Shown here: positions 38,278 through 50,745 of the stretch, piece after piece
How positions within the stretch are numbered: the first letter of the stretch is position 1
How the letters are laid out: every line of letters begins with the position of its first letter
Assembly (NCBI GenBank): GCA_013239625.1
Contig: MU053487.1
Coordinates: forward strand, 186,001 to 250,000
Length of the DNA stretch: 64,000 nt
Direction: 5' to 3'
Origin: Lama guanicoe
Lineage: Eukaryota
Program-made: the position numbers and the translations under genes
The notes under the pieces: model-generated
Databases searched by the model: none
Seen by the model: only the letters and a program-made list of their open reading frames with translations
What the model was told of the DNA's origin: nothing

Positions 38278-38322
38278 AATTGTCATGACCTGGAGAAGAT
38301 GGATCTGGAAGAATGTATCCTG
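38278..38322 (+). CDS. FBXL2: FBXL2 exon 12 (NCHDLEKMDLEECIL)
   Basis: ttacag|AATTGT...ATCCTG|gtgagt; 45 nt; short polypyrimidine tract. Confidence 0.95.
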
Positions 38323-38881
38323 GTGAGTGGATTCCTGACAGCCCTGCAGGGCTGCCCCTCGGTTGCTGACAGACAGACAGGAGTAGCTGGAGATGCCGGC
38401 TGGTTCGTCTGGCCCTGCACTTGCCCCGGCGCAGGTGTTGGGGCTTGGGAACCTGTGAGGGCCACGGCAGTGGGCTGCGTGAGCTTGGGGTTGTTGTCAG
38501 TCATCGGAGCTACAGCCGAGAAGTCGAGGGTAGCTCCAGCTTTTGCCAAACGTTTAAAAAAAAGTGGGTGTCTGTGTGTGCTCGTTTTCACACAACTGAA
38601 AGAGAGAAGCAAGGGGATGACTCCACAAAGAACCCTGGGGACCCTCCCGGCCCGCTCCCTCTTTGTCCCCTGTCCCCTTTGGGGCACCAGAGGAGAAACA
38701 GGAGAAAAGCCTGGCAGCTCCAGGAATGAGCAGAATGGAGGTGGAGAGAGGACGTCGCACCCCAAGTGCGTCAGGGAGGCGTCATTCCCTCTTGTACCCT
38801 CCGGTCCGGGCGTTCAGGAGGAGCAGGGTTAGAGGTCGGGTTCTGTGTAGAAGCCCCCCCGACACGCGTGTCTCTCTGCAG

Positions 38882-38938
38882 ATAACCGACAGCACGCTCA
38901 GCCAGCTCTCCATCCACTGCCCCAGGCTGCAAGCCCTG
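38882..38938 (+). CDS. FBXL2: FBXL2 exon 13 (ITDSTLSQLSIHCPRLQAL)
   Basis: ctgcag|ATAACC...GCCCTG|gtgagt; 57 nt. Confidence 0.96.
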
Positions 38939-39339
38939 GTGAGTCTCAGCTTTTTGTGACGTTACTTACCTCTTGGGGATGAAAGAACCTCCCACCCCAG
39001 CAAGAGCCGTGACACTGGCAAGGGTCTCAGCCTGCTGACTTCACAGGTCTGTTAGTGGGCAGCTTGGGAGGTGGGTGACCTAAAGGTCACTGCTTTCGTT
39101 TTAGGATGTGAACCTAACATGGGCCACATCCTCACCACTTCCCTCAAGTTCACGTTCATGGTGTCAGGTGGAGTGAAAGCATGTTTAAATGAGGCCAGCC
39201 TTCCACTGCATTTCGTATACGTTCACAAGTATGTGTCTATGGGGGTGGGGGAGGAGTTAGGATATATTGAAAGGTCCAGAATGAGCGTGAGAAGTGTCAC
39301 TGACACTCAGACGTGCCACGTCCTGTGGAGGGGTTCCCT

Positions 39340-39480
39340 GCGCAGGCCGTGTGAACTCTGCCGCTCCTCCCACCAGCCTGGCCCTGCGAGGCAGGCGCTG
39401 TGGACATCCCCATTCTCTATGAAGAAACTGAGGCTCAGCGTGCTTAAGAAACTTGCCCAAAGGCCCCAGGTGTCGTGGCT
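39340..39480 (-). mobile_element. MIR remnant
   Basis: atccccattctctatgaagaaactgaggctcag...ttaagaaacttgcccaa. Confidence 0.7.
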
Positions 39481-40309
39481 TCTGTGGGGTCTGGTCTTGC
39501 CTGCGCCCTGGGATACACAACAGGTTTTTCTGATGCCGTCTGTCTCTGACTCCAGGGACTAGAACTCTCCACCGAATTTCTTTACTTTGACATCCCTTTT
39601 GGGGGCTGCTTCTGTCAGGTGCAAGTGCGCTGCGCTTTGGGCAGCTCTGGGGCTTTTTTTTTTTTTAAGAGTTTGGGATCAGATTTCAGAGATCAGTCAG
39701 GAACCTGCCTGTATCCAAACTCTCTGATGACATTGTTTTCCTATTTGTAGATAGTTTTGTAGTTTTAATGTCCTTACCCCCAGGCTGGTTCTGACCCAGT
39801 TTTAGAACCTGCAGACCCTGTTACTCAGACGTGCTTTCCCTGGGCTCGGCTCATCCTCCAGACCCGGCCTGTCTCAGGTGTGGGCGTGTTTAGGGGCCTT
39901 TCTTCTTCCCACTTTGCACTCGTCCCCCCATGTGCACTAGGACAAGCCTTCCACTGGCTCCCTGACTCCCACTCTTCCTCCTGCCCCCTCAGGAGTGCAG
40001 GGCCCACCCCGACAGCTTGTCAGGAAGTGGCTTCCAAGCCAGCGTCCTCCCTCCCCAGCCAGGATTCCTCTGACTGAACATCTCTGTCTTCCCCTGTATT
40101 TGTACCAGCTACTTCCAGAAAGGGGACCTAGAGCAAAAGGTAAACTGTGATAAAACCAGAAGCTCAAGAGAAGAGCCCCAAATTTAAAAAAATGGAGAAT
40201 TAGCCAAAAAGTAGGGAAACAATCACAGTTGAAGTCTAAACTTAGCTTTGGAGACGCCTGATGCCAGGACAGAAAAGGGGAACGCTCTGTATTCTGTCTG
40301 TGCTGTCTG

Positions 40310-40450
40310 TTGTCTGTCCATTGAATTCACTCTGCAAACACCTCTTGAGGACCACGCGCCAGGCACTGTTCTAGGCACCAGGGAACAGGAAGGCAGCTCC
40401 TCAGGAGGGACGAGCTTTGTCCTCACCCTGAAGCCCGGGAAGCAAGTGTC
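40310..40450 (-). mobile_element. L2 3' end remnant
   Basis: caaacacctcttgag...gccaggcactgttctaggcaccaggga. Confidence 0.55.
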
Positions 40451-42479
40451 TGGGTCCTTGCTGGAGGGATGCTCAAGTGTGCTCCCCGCTCTGGTGACGC
40501 ACAGTGACAGCAGTGCCTCTGTCAACCCTCGGGTGAAGCTGAGGGCAGCAGACAGCGCAGGTGTCCCTGGACGTGCGTCCTGCACGGCAGGTCCGCCGGC
40601 ACAGGTGCACTCCGGGAGGGTTGGGATGGCGGCCTCGGGTATGCCAGTGCCCGTCTCCTCCCTGGAGACGCAGCCCGGTCCCCGCCTTAGCCCTGCTCCC
40701 CGTGACAGAGCTGAGATCCCTCCCCCAGCCTGGGGGTGGTGGTCACAGGAGGCAAAGCTACATAGATTCAGAATTTTGAAATGTGGTTTTTATCTTTTAC
40801 TAAAGATCTGCAAACAGGAAGAAAGAGGGACGTGACCCCAGGCCAGATGACCGCCGCACCTCGTTTGCTAACACTTCAGTTCCCAGGCTGAACTTTAAGT
40901 GCAAGTGGGGCAGGTGTGCACATGCCCCACCCCTCCCGGGAATCGCTCTGTGAGCCTCCGGGAGGAGGGGCCTTGTAGTTACACAAAATCAAAATCTAGA
41001 AGGGTATTTGAAAGGGAAGCTGATCCTGTAGAAATGAACGCGTTTGGAAATGAGAGGAACTCGAAAGAATACAGAGGGGGCCCTGGAAGCATCTGGAGTC
41101 AGGAAATTTATTCTAAGGAGGTTAAGGACCCTCTCTGTTCCTTCAGCTTTTAGTTGACAGGATGTGTCGTCGGCAGTTCTGTTGGTAGTGGAGGGGCTGC
41201 TTTCCACTTCAGTGCCGGGGCTGCTTTGGGGGGCTTTTAAAATCATACTGTACAGCTCAGGGGTCCTAGAAGCTATCAGGAATTTTAGCTGAATTATACT
41301 AAAGAATAAGGGATTATAGCCCCCCAAAAGGGGGCAATATATTACTGTCTTCATTTCTGCAGTTTATTTTCGTCCTGCTTTATACGATGCCCAGTGATTT
41401 GTAGGCAGCCAAGCCCATCAGGTGTCCAGTCAGCTACTCTCTGCTCAGAACAACAGGCACACGGCTGCAAGTGGCGGGAGCCTGCTCTCGACCACAGGAG
41501 AGTCTTCCAGGCACCCTCACTGCTCTGGAGGAAGCAGGGCTGCAAGACCGGGAACATTTAGGTGAATGCTTTCTCCACCTTAAAGGGGAAACATTCAACA
41601 CCTTTGAAGACAGCAGCGTAAGAGACTATGTTGTGTGTGTCTGTTTCAGGCCCGCAGTCTGACAGACCTCACCCGGCCTTTCCCAGTCCCCCTTCTGTTT
41701 CCCGACTGCGACAGCAATTTAACCTAAATGGGACCCCTTCACCCCGCCACGTTCTCACTGTCGATCCCCGTTTGATGCCTGCCCCCCGCCCCCAGCCTGA
41801 ATTCTGTGGCCGGTTGTTAAGTCACTCCCTTGATCCACAAGATTCACCTTCTTCACTCAGCAAAGCTGTCATCCTCTTAAATCTCTCAGCTGCTGAGCCC
41901 GTTCTCAGAGCAGGGGCTTTGAGAAATATGTACTCACTCAAACCACAGGATAAGATGTCAGTGAGGATAAACTGACGTCTCGGCCACAGAACGCCACAGT
42001 GCGCCGGAGAGGGGTTTGGCCCCGGCGGCAGGTGCAGGACTTATGAGTCCCCCTGTGTGTGTGTGGGTCTGGCAGGTGGAGAAGGGCATCTGACACAGAG
42101 GACACAGCCTGTGTTTTCTGGACTTTAGAATAAGGGAGGGGGCGGGTGTGAGGCCAAATGGGGGCCAGGACCAGACTCGGGCACTGCTCATGAGGTGGAC
42201 TCACTCCTCTCCAGCTTTAAAGAGCCGACAGTGAGGACCTGTGGCGGGGCCCGCAGTCCGAGGGGCCGCTGTTCTGTGGCGCCACGTGAAGGAGCGCGGC
42301 CCAGCCTGTGTTTCTTTCCCAAACTGAGGACCTGGTTTATTCAGACCTTCTGGTTAGCCTAGAATACCGAGACTCACTGGGCCACCAGACGGCTCCCCAG
42401 ACTCCACAGCAGTGACTCCACGCGCACATGTGGGAGCCCACGAGTCCTGCACCAGCCACGGGGGCCAAGGTCCACCTTA

Positions 42480-43950
42480 CCTTGCATCTCTGGACTTCCT
42501 GGGTCTGGATGCCTGTTTCCTTCCGCAGGTTAGGGAAGTTGTCATCTGCTATTTCAAGCAGCTTCAGCACCTTTCTTCCTCTGGGACCCTTAGAAGGTTC
42601 GTCTGTTTGATGTTGTCCTGTAAGTCCCCTAGGCTGTCTTCACTTTTTTTTCTCTTGCTTTTCTGATGGGTGAACGTCTCTGCCCTGTCTTTTGAGTCAT
42701 GGACGCTTTCATCCACTTCATCTAGTCTCTTTCGGAGCGTGCTGGTGTTTCCAGTTCAGTTATTGTATTCTTCAGCTCCAGGGCCTCCAGATAAGGGTGG
42801 AAATTCCCATCTCAGGTACTGACCAGCTCTAGCAGGGAGCAGGGCCGAGGGAGCCTGCAGAGCTGGCGTGCACCTGCCTGCCTTCAGCCAGCACACGTGC
42901 ACAGGCCCCTAGCTGGGTGCCAAACCTGAAGCCTGCCGCACACGCCCAAGCCCCAGGGCCAGCACATAGGCCTCTTTCCCAGGAAGACTGGGAGCATGTT
43001 TCTGTCTGCAGTCTCTCAGTGCCTGGGGGTGGTAGCCTGCCAGGAACTAACTCTCCTCATGTTAAAGTCCCAGGAGACCCAGGAATGCAAGCCTCTTTGG
43101 CCCTCGGGGCCAGGTGATCAGGGCATCCCCTGGGCGCCAGCTATAAAGACTGGGGCACCCGCCACTTGGAGAAGCTCCCCTCTGGGAGGTGCGGCGCTCT
43201 GGAGCGTGTCAGAGGGGAGAGCACTTGCCCTCCAAAGTCTCTAGAAGGGATTCCGGGCAGCCCTTGGATGTGTGTTTAAGTGGAAGCCTGCCCCTCGGGC
43301 TGCAGCTGGGATGATAACTAACAGGCTTCTTTCAGAGAAAGGCCGAGCTCTTGGGTCTGCTTTCTCTTGCTGTGCCCTGGGGCGGTCACCGTCTACGAAC
43401 TCTGCTTGGTTACAGTCCTGTGGGGCCCCGCTGGCCAGGAGAGGCAGGCTTCTGCCCTGGTGGCAGCTGCAGAAGCCGGGCTCCGCGTAAGAGCCGGGGG
43501 TGCTGGGGGCGGGAGGCCTGGAGAGACACAGGGAAGGTGCAGAGGTGGTGCCCACCAGTCTCCACAAGCCTCGCCTGCGCTGGGCCCGGGGATGGGAGCC
43601 CTTCACGGTGGCTCTGATCAGGAAGGTGAGCCCAGTGGTTTTCAGAGCTGGATGTGTTAGGGGCTTGTCTTAAAAGTTGGGGGCCCCATGTGGGGGGACC
43701 CTTTGCTCCTGTGAGCAGCTCCAGGATTGAGTGCCCTCCTGATGGTGGGTCTCCACACTCGGGGGCGGGGTTCATGACAAGACTGTGCCCCGGCCTCTCC
43801 GCGTTTCCACGTGGGCCTTCTCTCATCTGCATGACATGCAGGAGTCACTCAGCTGGGCTTTGTGTGTCTTCCAGGGAGGGCGTTCCATCTGGGGCTGCAG
43901 TCATGGTGGGAGAGGGGAGTCGAGGGCCCTCTCACGTGGCTGTCTTGTCC
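42480..43950 (-). mobile_element. L1 5' UTR plus ORF1 fragment
   Basis: EIADDNFPNLRKETGIQTQEVQR (L1 ORF1 motif) followed on + by GC-rich L1 5'-type sequence ending ...gctgtcttg. Confidence 0.7.
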
Positions 43951-44087
43951 CGGATGGGCCCTTGCAGCGTGTCTCCACGCGGACACACTGGAGGCTTGAG
44001 GCCAGCCCAAGGCTTTGTGCCTAACTCTGCTGCCAATGCTGGGTTCCCGGGACCCTGCAGACAGCCGCTCTCCCCCCGCCTCCCCAG

Positions 44088-44300
44088 AGCCTGTCCCACT
44101 GCGAGCTCATCACAGACGACGGGATCCTGCACCTGAGCAACAGCGCCTGCGGCCACGAGAGGCTGCGCGTGCTGGAGTTGGACAACTGCCTCCTCATCAC
44201 TGACGTGGCCCTGGAGCACCTGGAGCACTGCCGCGGCCTGGAGCGCCTGGAGCTGTACGACTGCCAGCAGGTCACCCGCGCGGGCATCAAGCGGATGCGG
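44088..44300 (+). CDS. FBXL2: FBXL2 exon 14 (SLSHCELITDDGILHLSNSACGHERLRVLELDNC...RAGIKRMR)
   Basis: ccccag|AGCCTG...ATGCGG|gtgagt; 213 nt. Confidence 0.97.
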
Positions 44301-44905
44301 GTGAGTGCGGGGCAGGGCCACCTCCCGTGTTCTGTCCCGAGCTGGCAATTACGCAGACTGCGACCTTGACACAGGCATCGCCTCAGACTTCCTTATTAGA
44401 CCCCCTTCCCTGGAAGAGTCAACTTCCAGAGTGGGTCTGAGCGGAGGCTCCATGTGTCGGCTGACTCAAGGCCGTCATCAGGAGGAGGCAGAACGCGGTC
44501 CTGGCTGGTTTCCAGGCGAAGTGGCCAAGCAGACTGGTGTTCTTTCCCACGCAGTTCACCTGCACCGTCTTCCTGAATATGCTTTAACTTCAGGCGACTT
44601 TCTGCTTGTTCCCCGGAGCAGCCCCAGCTGCTCCAGCTGTGGGGGCCCCACTCATCTGCACGTAGAGGCAGTGAGCACCCCGGGCAGAAGTGTTCTGAGT
44701 TTCCCTTTGTCTTTAGAAGGTGTGGTTTTAGGGGTGTGTGTGTGAACAAGAGCAGCTTCAGCCTCCACCAGAAATACTGTTTGGACTCTGCCTAGCAGTA
44801 GAATGAAGTAGATTGTACATGAAGACTGTGGCCTTTTCTAGGATGAGGCCTGTAATCCCCGAACCACAGCATAAAGAGCACCTCACCTTTTCCTTCTGCT
44901 TCCAG

Positions 44906-45013
44906 GCTCAGCTCCCTCACGTCAAAGTCCACGCCTACTTTGCGCCGGTCACCCCGCCCAGTGCGGTGGGAGGCGGCGGACAGCGGCTGTGCAGGTGCTG
45001 TGTCATCCTCTGA
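44906..45013 (+). CDS. FBXL2: FBXL2 exon 15 coding part (AQLPHVKVHAYFAPVTPPSAVGGGGQRLCRCCVIL*); CaaX prenylation box CVIL
   Basis: ttccag|GCTCAG...CTCTGA; 108 nt including stop. Confidence 0.97.
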   Translation, partial: AQLPHVKVHAYFAPVTPPSAVGGGGQRLCRCCVIL

Positions 45014-45994
45014 CCCAGCGCGCCACGAGGTGTCCCTTCCTGCAGGGAAGACCAGAGTCTTTCTGACCGACTCCACCATCACCCAGACCTGTTGATTTTC
45101 CAGTGGGAAAGGCGTTTACAGGTAAAAGACTTCCGTAGGGATGGCAGGAACTCTGGTGACAGTTCCCTTCCTCATTCTGCTATGATGCAATCAGCTCAAA
45201 GCCTCACATCAGTTAACCCGTGGCAAGAGCGGTCTCAGCGCAGCCAGGACCATGCAAGAAACCCGGATCTCTTAAGAGGTAGGTGCCGCCTTCCTAGGGA
45301 TAAATTCCTGCCCTCGGCTTTGTCAGTGTTCCTCAGCAGACCATCAGTGTTGGCGCAAACTGAGCAGAAAGATAAGCTGTTGATTTTCTACCTGATACTC
45401 AAAGCCAGGGGCCTACTTTTATTCACAATGATTCCACTTTGATTAGAAGGACCTTTCCAGTTTGAAGATCAAACAGCAACTTTATCAAAGTGACTGTACT
45501 GTAAATTCATAATGCCTGACAGTTTTCTATGTAGAGACTTAAGTGGAAGGCAAGTTAATAGGTTTCCATGAGACACCAAAGAAATGAGGACTCCAGAGTG
45601 GGTGGAGCTGGGTCTTCACCTTTCTGTTTCTGTCAACTTGTAGACACGTCTGGGGGCCAAAAACACAAACTAAACAAAAGCAACTCAGAGTCTGTGTTGC
45701 CTGGTTGGAAATTACAAGCTCTGGCATATGCTACAGCACATAGTGTGTTTTTGTTCTAGAAAAGCTAATCATTGTCATCTCTCACAAAATTTGGGGGATG
45801 TTAAAGAAACAGAATTAAGGCTCAAGTTATCTACAATATAACTGATTAAAAATAATGAATGGTGCATGTAGAATGGGTGTGATTTTTTCCCCCAAGTTTA
45901 TTTTAAAGTCTCGGAAATCAAGTTACACCAAAAATTTTACACACTTAAAACTCAGATCAGTAAAGCGTTGGCACCTTTGAGACTTACAAGAATG

Positions 45995-46000
45995 AATAAA
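45995..46000 (+). terminator. FBXL2: Candidate FBXL2 poly(A) signal AATAAA (ATTAAA variant at 45845-45850)
   Basis: Canonical hexamer about 1 kb after the stop, followed by T-rich sequence. Confidence 0.55.
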
Positions 46001-46938
46001 CCATGGCGATGCTTATTACGTCAGTTTTACTGCCATTTTCTTATGTAGGACAAATCTGAGCAACACCATTGTCCAAATTCAGACCTTCCTAATGTTACCT
46101 AAGAGCTGATAAGATGATCTAGTTTCTGCTCTGTGCTGTCACATCTGTGACCTTTATCAATTAAGACCAGGAACCCACACCACGGTCACTGTGAGCCTCT
46201 GTGCTCACGGGAGCCAATTCCTCTGAGCAGCCATTCCCCACACCGAGGAGCCCAGAACTCACAAGCTGAAGGAAAGAGCAAGCACAGACACCTCCCGCGC
46301 CCAGCAGCGCTTCTGGGTGGTGGGCAGTACAGAAGCAGGACGCAAGGCCTCAGCGGCACTCCACGGAGAGACGGCAGAGGGGGACCGACTCCAGAGCGAC
46401 CGGGACTGTCAGGCTCACCGTCAGGGTCCTGATGATTTTACTGCCTGGTGACGCACCCGAGTACCTCCCAGTCCGGAGCCTGTGTGAATACCTCAGCAGT
46501 TATTTAAGTAGACATTTACATGACGGATGCAGGAAGTTATGAATACAGCTTCTGTTTTAAAATTCTAAATGATCGGGACATTCTATGTATTACCTCTTTT
46601 GAGCCAGGACACAACCTATCACAGCATCTGGACTCTGCAGTTAGTGACGCATGACTATCATTTACAAAACAGGAGAACTGCTGATAACAAGGACACAAAC
46701 CTGGCTTTCTTAAGTGTGGAACAATTACTGGAATAACTGGTCCTCCGCTGCGTCAGCTTTGAGAAAACAACAAACTCAAGGAAAAGAAAAAAAAAAAACC
46801 CAAACACTCACCTCTTATAATATTTGGGTGTGTACGCAGAACATACCCAGGGAACCCCTGGATTCTATGACTTGAGGTGACACTGGCAGGAACTGGGATT
46901 TTAAATGAGACACACATTTGCAAAACAATCGGAAAACA

Positions 46939-46944
46939 TTTATT
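46939..46944 (-). terminator. UBP1: UBP1 distal poly(A) signal AATAAA (a proximal AATAAA lies at 47148-47153)
   Basis: tttatt on +. On - it is followed about 20 nt later by the GU-rich TGTGTGTCT. Confidence 0.7.
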
Positions 46945-48871
46945 ATACTGAAATGTGTACATCCTACTATTAAAAAAACAAAGTAGCAAATTTGCTGGTG
47001 CCATAATTTAACCTGTTTCACTGGGACAGACCAAGTTCAATGCCGCTTGGTGTAAATTTCAAGTTTGATGGGCTTTTAATTTTTGTTTTTTACTCCACTT
47101 CGCCTACCTGATGAGGAATTCAAAATAGCACACAGCATTAAGTGACATTTATTGTTCCATAAATCTTGAGACTCAAAGGAATGCTAAATAGACAAGCAAA
47201 ACTCTAAAACAATTAAGAGAAGCTCACTTCCTTCCCAAGTGATTGGTACAGAAAACATGTGGTCACACACAAGCTAAGGGACGATGACAGAAAGGAAAGC
47301 ACTCCTGCCTCTGGGTCTATACGAGTTACGGATATTTTCAAGCTGAAGATGGAAAGATTTAGAGACAGTACTTTTTCATATCAAATTACCCCTTTATGGG
47401 TAACACAAAACATAAAATGCCAAAGCTTTTAACGCTTTTAACTACTGAAGTAGTTTCTCTTCTGGGAGAGATTTCAAACTCAGAATTACTCATTCCTATT
47501 TCTGAAGAGGAGGATCAAATAATACATTCAAAACCCAAATACCTTGGTAAACAGACAGAGGTGTATACTTAAAATGGAACTGAAGTTTGAAAAAAAATTG
47601 TGTCTACTACACCACAGGCCTCAAATGCTTGCTGATGAATTTTGAGAAGGCTTTGAGTGAAGGGAGAAGATAAAACGATAGTTTAAAAAAAAATTTGCAG
47701 AAACAGTGGATTCCCTTTGAAAAGTATACTGGCCGACAAGCATTTGGTTTTGTGGAAGAGGCACTCTTTTTATAGAAAAGGAAATTATTACGTGGTGTAT
47801 AAAAAAAAGCCCCTAAGTAATCACCAGAATGTCACCCATGATTGTGCTGAAGCTCAGGACTTGAGACAGCGTGAGGAATCCTGACGGTACAATAGTGTTC
47901 ATGATGTCTAGTGTTCCGTGAGTAACTGCGACTTGATAATGTAGACCCCTTAACACCAAACCAGAGACTGTCATACTGTGTTCCCTGCTTAGGTGTATTT
48001 CCAATGTCGGGGACAGGGCTTTAAAAATGTTCAACAAGACAGTGCAGGGTGGGAAGGGTGGCGGGAGACCAAGGGAGGGAGGAAAACAAGAAAGAAAACC
48101 ACATGAGTTTAAAAGGCATGGGGGCTTCAAAAATGAAAATCAGAAACAAAATGCTAAAAATGGAAGCAGAAGCAAAAAGGTTTTCAATAAATCTGTGACA
48201 AAGCAGAAACACGAAAGTCTTTGTACCTATTAGGATTTACACTGATCCTCTCACCAAGGTACTCTTGATAACGCAGTTTGCTTCCAGCCTGTCTTCCTGG
48301 CTCGGATGTCCCCCGATCGGGCAGGATCCGTAGACGCCCTCAGACATGATCGCTTCCCAGCAGGCGCCAGGCCCCTTACCTGCCCACCGGTGACCCCGCG
48401 TCACTCAGCACCGGCGTCGCGTCCCCGCAGACAGGTCCGCGCTGGCTCCTCCCGCGCAGGTCAGCAGAAGGTCCCGGCCTCAGAAGCCAAACTGGCACAG
48501 AACGTAAATGCCCACGGTACGGTTTTACATTCATTTCCAAACCGCATACAGTGTAAAAAGCCAGCAAAGGCTGCTTCTGGAACTGTATCTACTGGCCTCT
48601 CTGCCAGAGAAGCAGGCAGCCCCGCCTGCCGTGGCCCCCGGAGGCGTGGGGCGCCTTCGGGACGCGCCCGCCTTCACGAGGACACCGGGCCACGGCAGTG
48701 ACAGTGAGGAGAGTCGCTCTCATACAGCTCATTAGAAAGGTCATCCTGTGTTTTCAATATGAAACATTTCATATGGTAAAATCCAATCCCAAGACTTCTT
48801 GGATTCAGTCTTCACACACTTTTAGGCGTGACTTTATTTGGTACTGAGTAAAGTTCAGACTACGTAAGACA

Positions 48872-48909
48872 TCACTTCAAAATTATGTGGACGCCACCGC
48901 CATTTTCAG
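48872..48909 (-). CDS. UBP1: UBP1 last exon coding part (ENGGGVHIILK*)
   Basis: ctgtag|CTGAAA...AAGTGA; 38 nt including stop; HIILK is the family C-terminus. Confidence 0.95.
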
Positions 48910-49609
48910 CTACAGAAAAGGAAAGAGAAGTTACATGGGATTTCTTACCAGGCTGGAAAGTGAAGATGAAACTGAACACTCCTAGGCCCTCGCAACCTCC
49001 CGCCCCAATGCAGAGGTTACCTTGAAATAATCCCAGAGGAAAAAACCTCATCAACTTGCTCCAGCTCCTCTCCCTGACGCCACTTCACCACACGGTCCCT
49101 CCTCAGACATCTTCCTTTTACCGCAGGGCCCACGCTCCCATCACCGCCCGTCCGTACCGCCCGCGGTTCTGGGAGGCCACGGGCCGCCCGCTGAGGCAGC
49201 AGGCCCGCAAATACATACAGCCAGCGCTTACATCCCCCTTTTCTAGAAAAAATGAATTCTTCAAAAGTAGACCTGAAACATTTAAAAAAAAAAATACTAC
49301 TTCTGCCTGATGGCCTTGTGTTTCTCAGGAAATGGTACAGAGCATGAATTTTCCCCTGTGGACAAACGCCTGAAGACGAGGACACAGGCTGCAGGGGCGT
49401 CCTGTGACGTCCGACACAGAAATGGCCCCCGCCTTCCCGGAACACAGCTCAACGTACGAACTTCCCTTTTTAAAGACAATGTAAGTTTCACAGAGTAAAA
49501 AAGGGTGACACACGACATCTGGCTCTTGGAGGTGCAGCTTCTGTGCTTAGACCAGATTTAGACCCTAACTCACCAGACTTTCCAAGGTCTCCTCTCGCTA
49601 ATAACCTTA

Positions 49610-50495
49610 CACTTAGGCGCCCCTCCTTTCTCTAACCCTTTCATTGGACTCTCTTGAGTCCCGTCAGGGCCCACTGTCTACACTCTCCCCCTCAGCGACC
49701 TCAGTGGTCTCCATGGCTTGGACTCACCAGATTATGCTGAAGGCTTCCAAGCCCGCATCTCAAGCCCAGGACTATCTGGCCAGCCCTGGACGGACCTAAT
49801 GACCTGCCACGTTACCGGATCTAAATTGGAGCTCTTGACCCCAAGCCAGACCTACCTGTCTGCTGGGACCACTGTCTGCCCAGTGGCTCACATGAGCCAC
49901 AATTACTCCCTCAAAGGTGGAGCCCAGCAAGGCCCTGTCTCTAAATGTGTAAGATACCATCACCTCTCATACAGATGGTATCGCCTGCCTCCAGTTTTCC
50001 CACCTTCTTTCTCATCTGTCTCCAGAGTTGCAGGAGAGGAAGAAAAAGACCTATTCACATTACTCACTTGTTTAAACAACTGACTTCCCAGTGCATTTCA
50101 AAATCTAAACTACCCCCCACACCAGACTGGCCTCCTGCTCAGCTCTCCCCTCACTGCCCGGCAGCCACATGGCTGCCAGGCCTCCAGAGAAGCCAAGCTC
50201 TTCAGCCCGCACACAGCCCCACGCTGCCTGGGGTGCTCCTCGCGCGGCCAGCCCTCCCACACTCCGGGTTTCGGCCTTCAACAGCCCTAACAGCTCTCAG
50301 CAACCCCTCCCGGACCCCGCAGCCATGAGCACTCACACGTTCTCGTTCCTTCACGGCACCTAAGCTGCAATACATGTACTCATGCACGTCTGCTGACTGA
50401 CCCTGGTTCGCTTTCCCAGCTGCAGCGGGAGTTCCCCAGCCTGGCACCGGCAGCACGTGTCTGACACAAGGGGCCCAGTCAAACGTCAGCCCGAG
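49610..50495 (+). mobile_element. L2 remnant
   Basis: tctacactctccc..cagcgacctca..tccatggctt...tatgctga; tcaaaatctaaa; cccagcctggcac...gtctgacaca. Confidence 0.65.
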
Positions 50496-50693
50496 GAGGC
50501 CTGACTCCTCTTCCCTACTTGCTAGTTAATTTCTATTTCAATCACTAAAAACATTCTCTTAACTCAAACTTTCTTCTTAAAATAAGTGAAGCCAGCATTT
50601 TCAAAAGAAAACATACAAGATGACTGCGGATTACACGCACACACGATCCCTCACGTTCCCAGCATTTCAAGACACACATAACATGCAAAGTAC

Positions 50694-50745
50694 CTTTCAC
50701 TGTGGAGAATAAAAAACAACTCTCATCTTGAAAGTTCTGAACCAT
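50694..50745 (-). CDS. UBP1: UBP1 exon ~15 (MVQNFQDESCFLFSTVK-A)
   Basis: ttctag|ATGGTT...GTGAAAG|gtactt; 52 nt. Confidence 0.95.

Larger units (their letters stand above)
1..46020 (+). other. FBXL2: FBXL2 gene (F-box/LRR protein 2, SCF substrate receptor); 5'-truncated, exon 1 with the ATG lies upstream of the window
   Basis: 14 GT-AG exons splice in frame to (M)VFSNNDEGLINKKLPKELLLRIFSFLD...RLCRCCVIL*. Exon lengths 62,55,75,95,69,96,127,75,131,61,45,57,213,108 plus 3 = 1272 nt. The 3' end is inferred from AATAAA at 45995. Confidence 0.97.

Noticed and set aside
37780..38832. 350-aa ORF, the longest in the track
   Set aside because: GC-rich intron read-through that merely includes FBXL2 exon 12 in frame; non-ATG start, and the rest has no recognisable domain.
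40860..42350. Possible LTR-like element in FBXL2 intron 13
   Set aside because: I could not define termini, a TSD or a family by eye.
45496..47371. miRNA seed matches (miR-101 GTACTGTA at 45496 in the FBXL2 UTR; miR-138 CACCAGCA at 46993-47000 and a miR-101 7-mer at 47365 in the UBP1 UTR)
   Set aside because: 7-8-mers are expected by chance in 1-2 kb UTRs; uninformative without conservation data.
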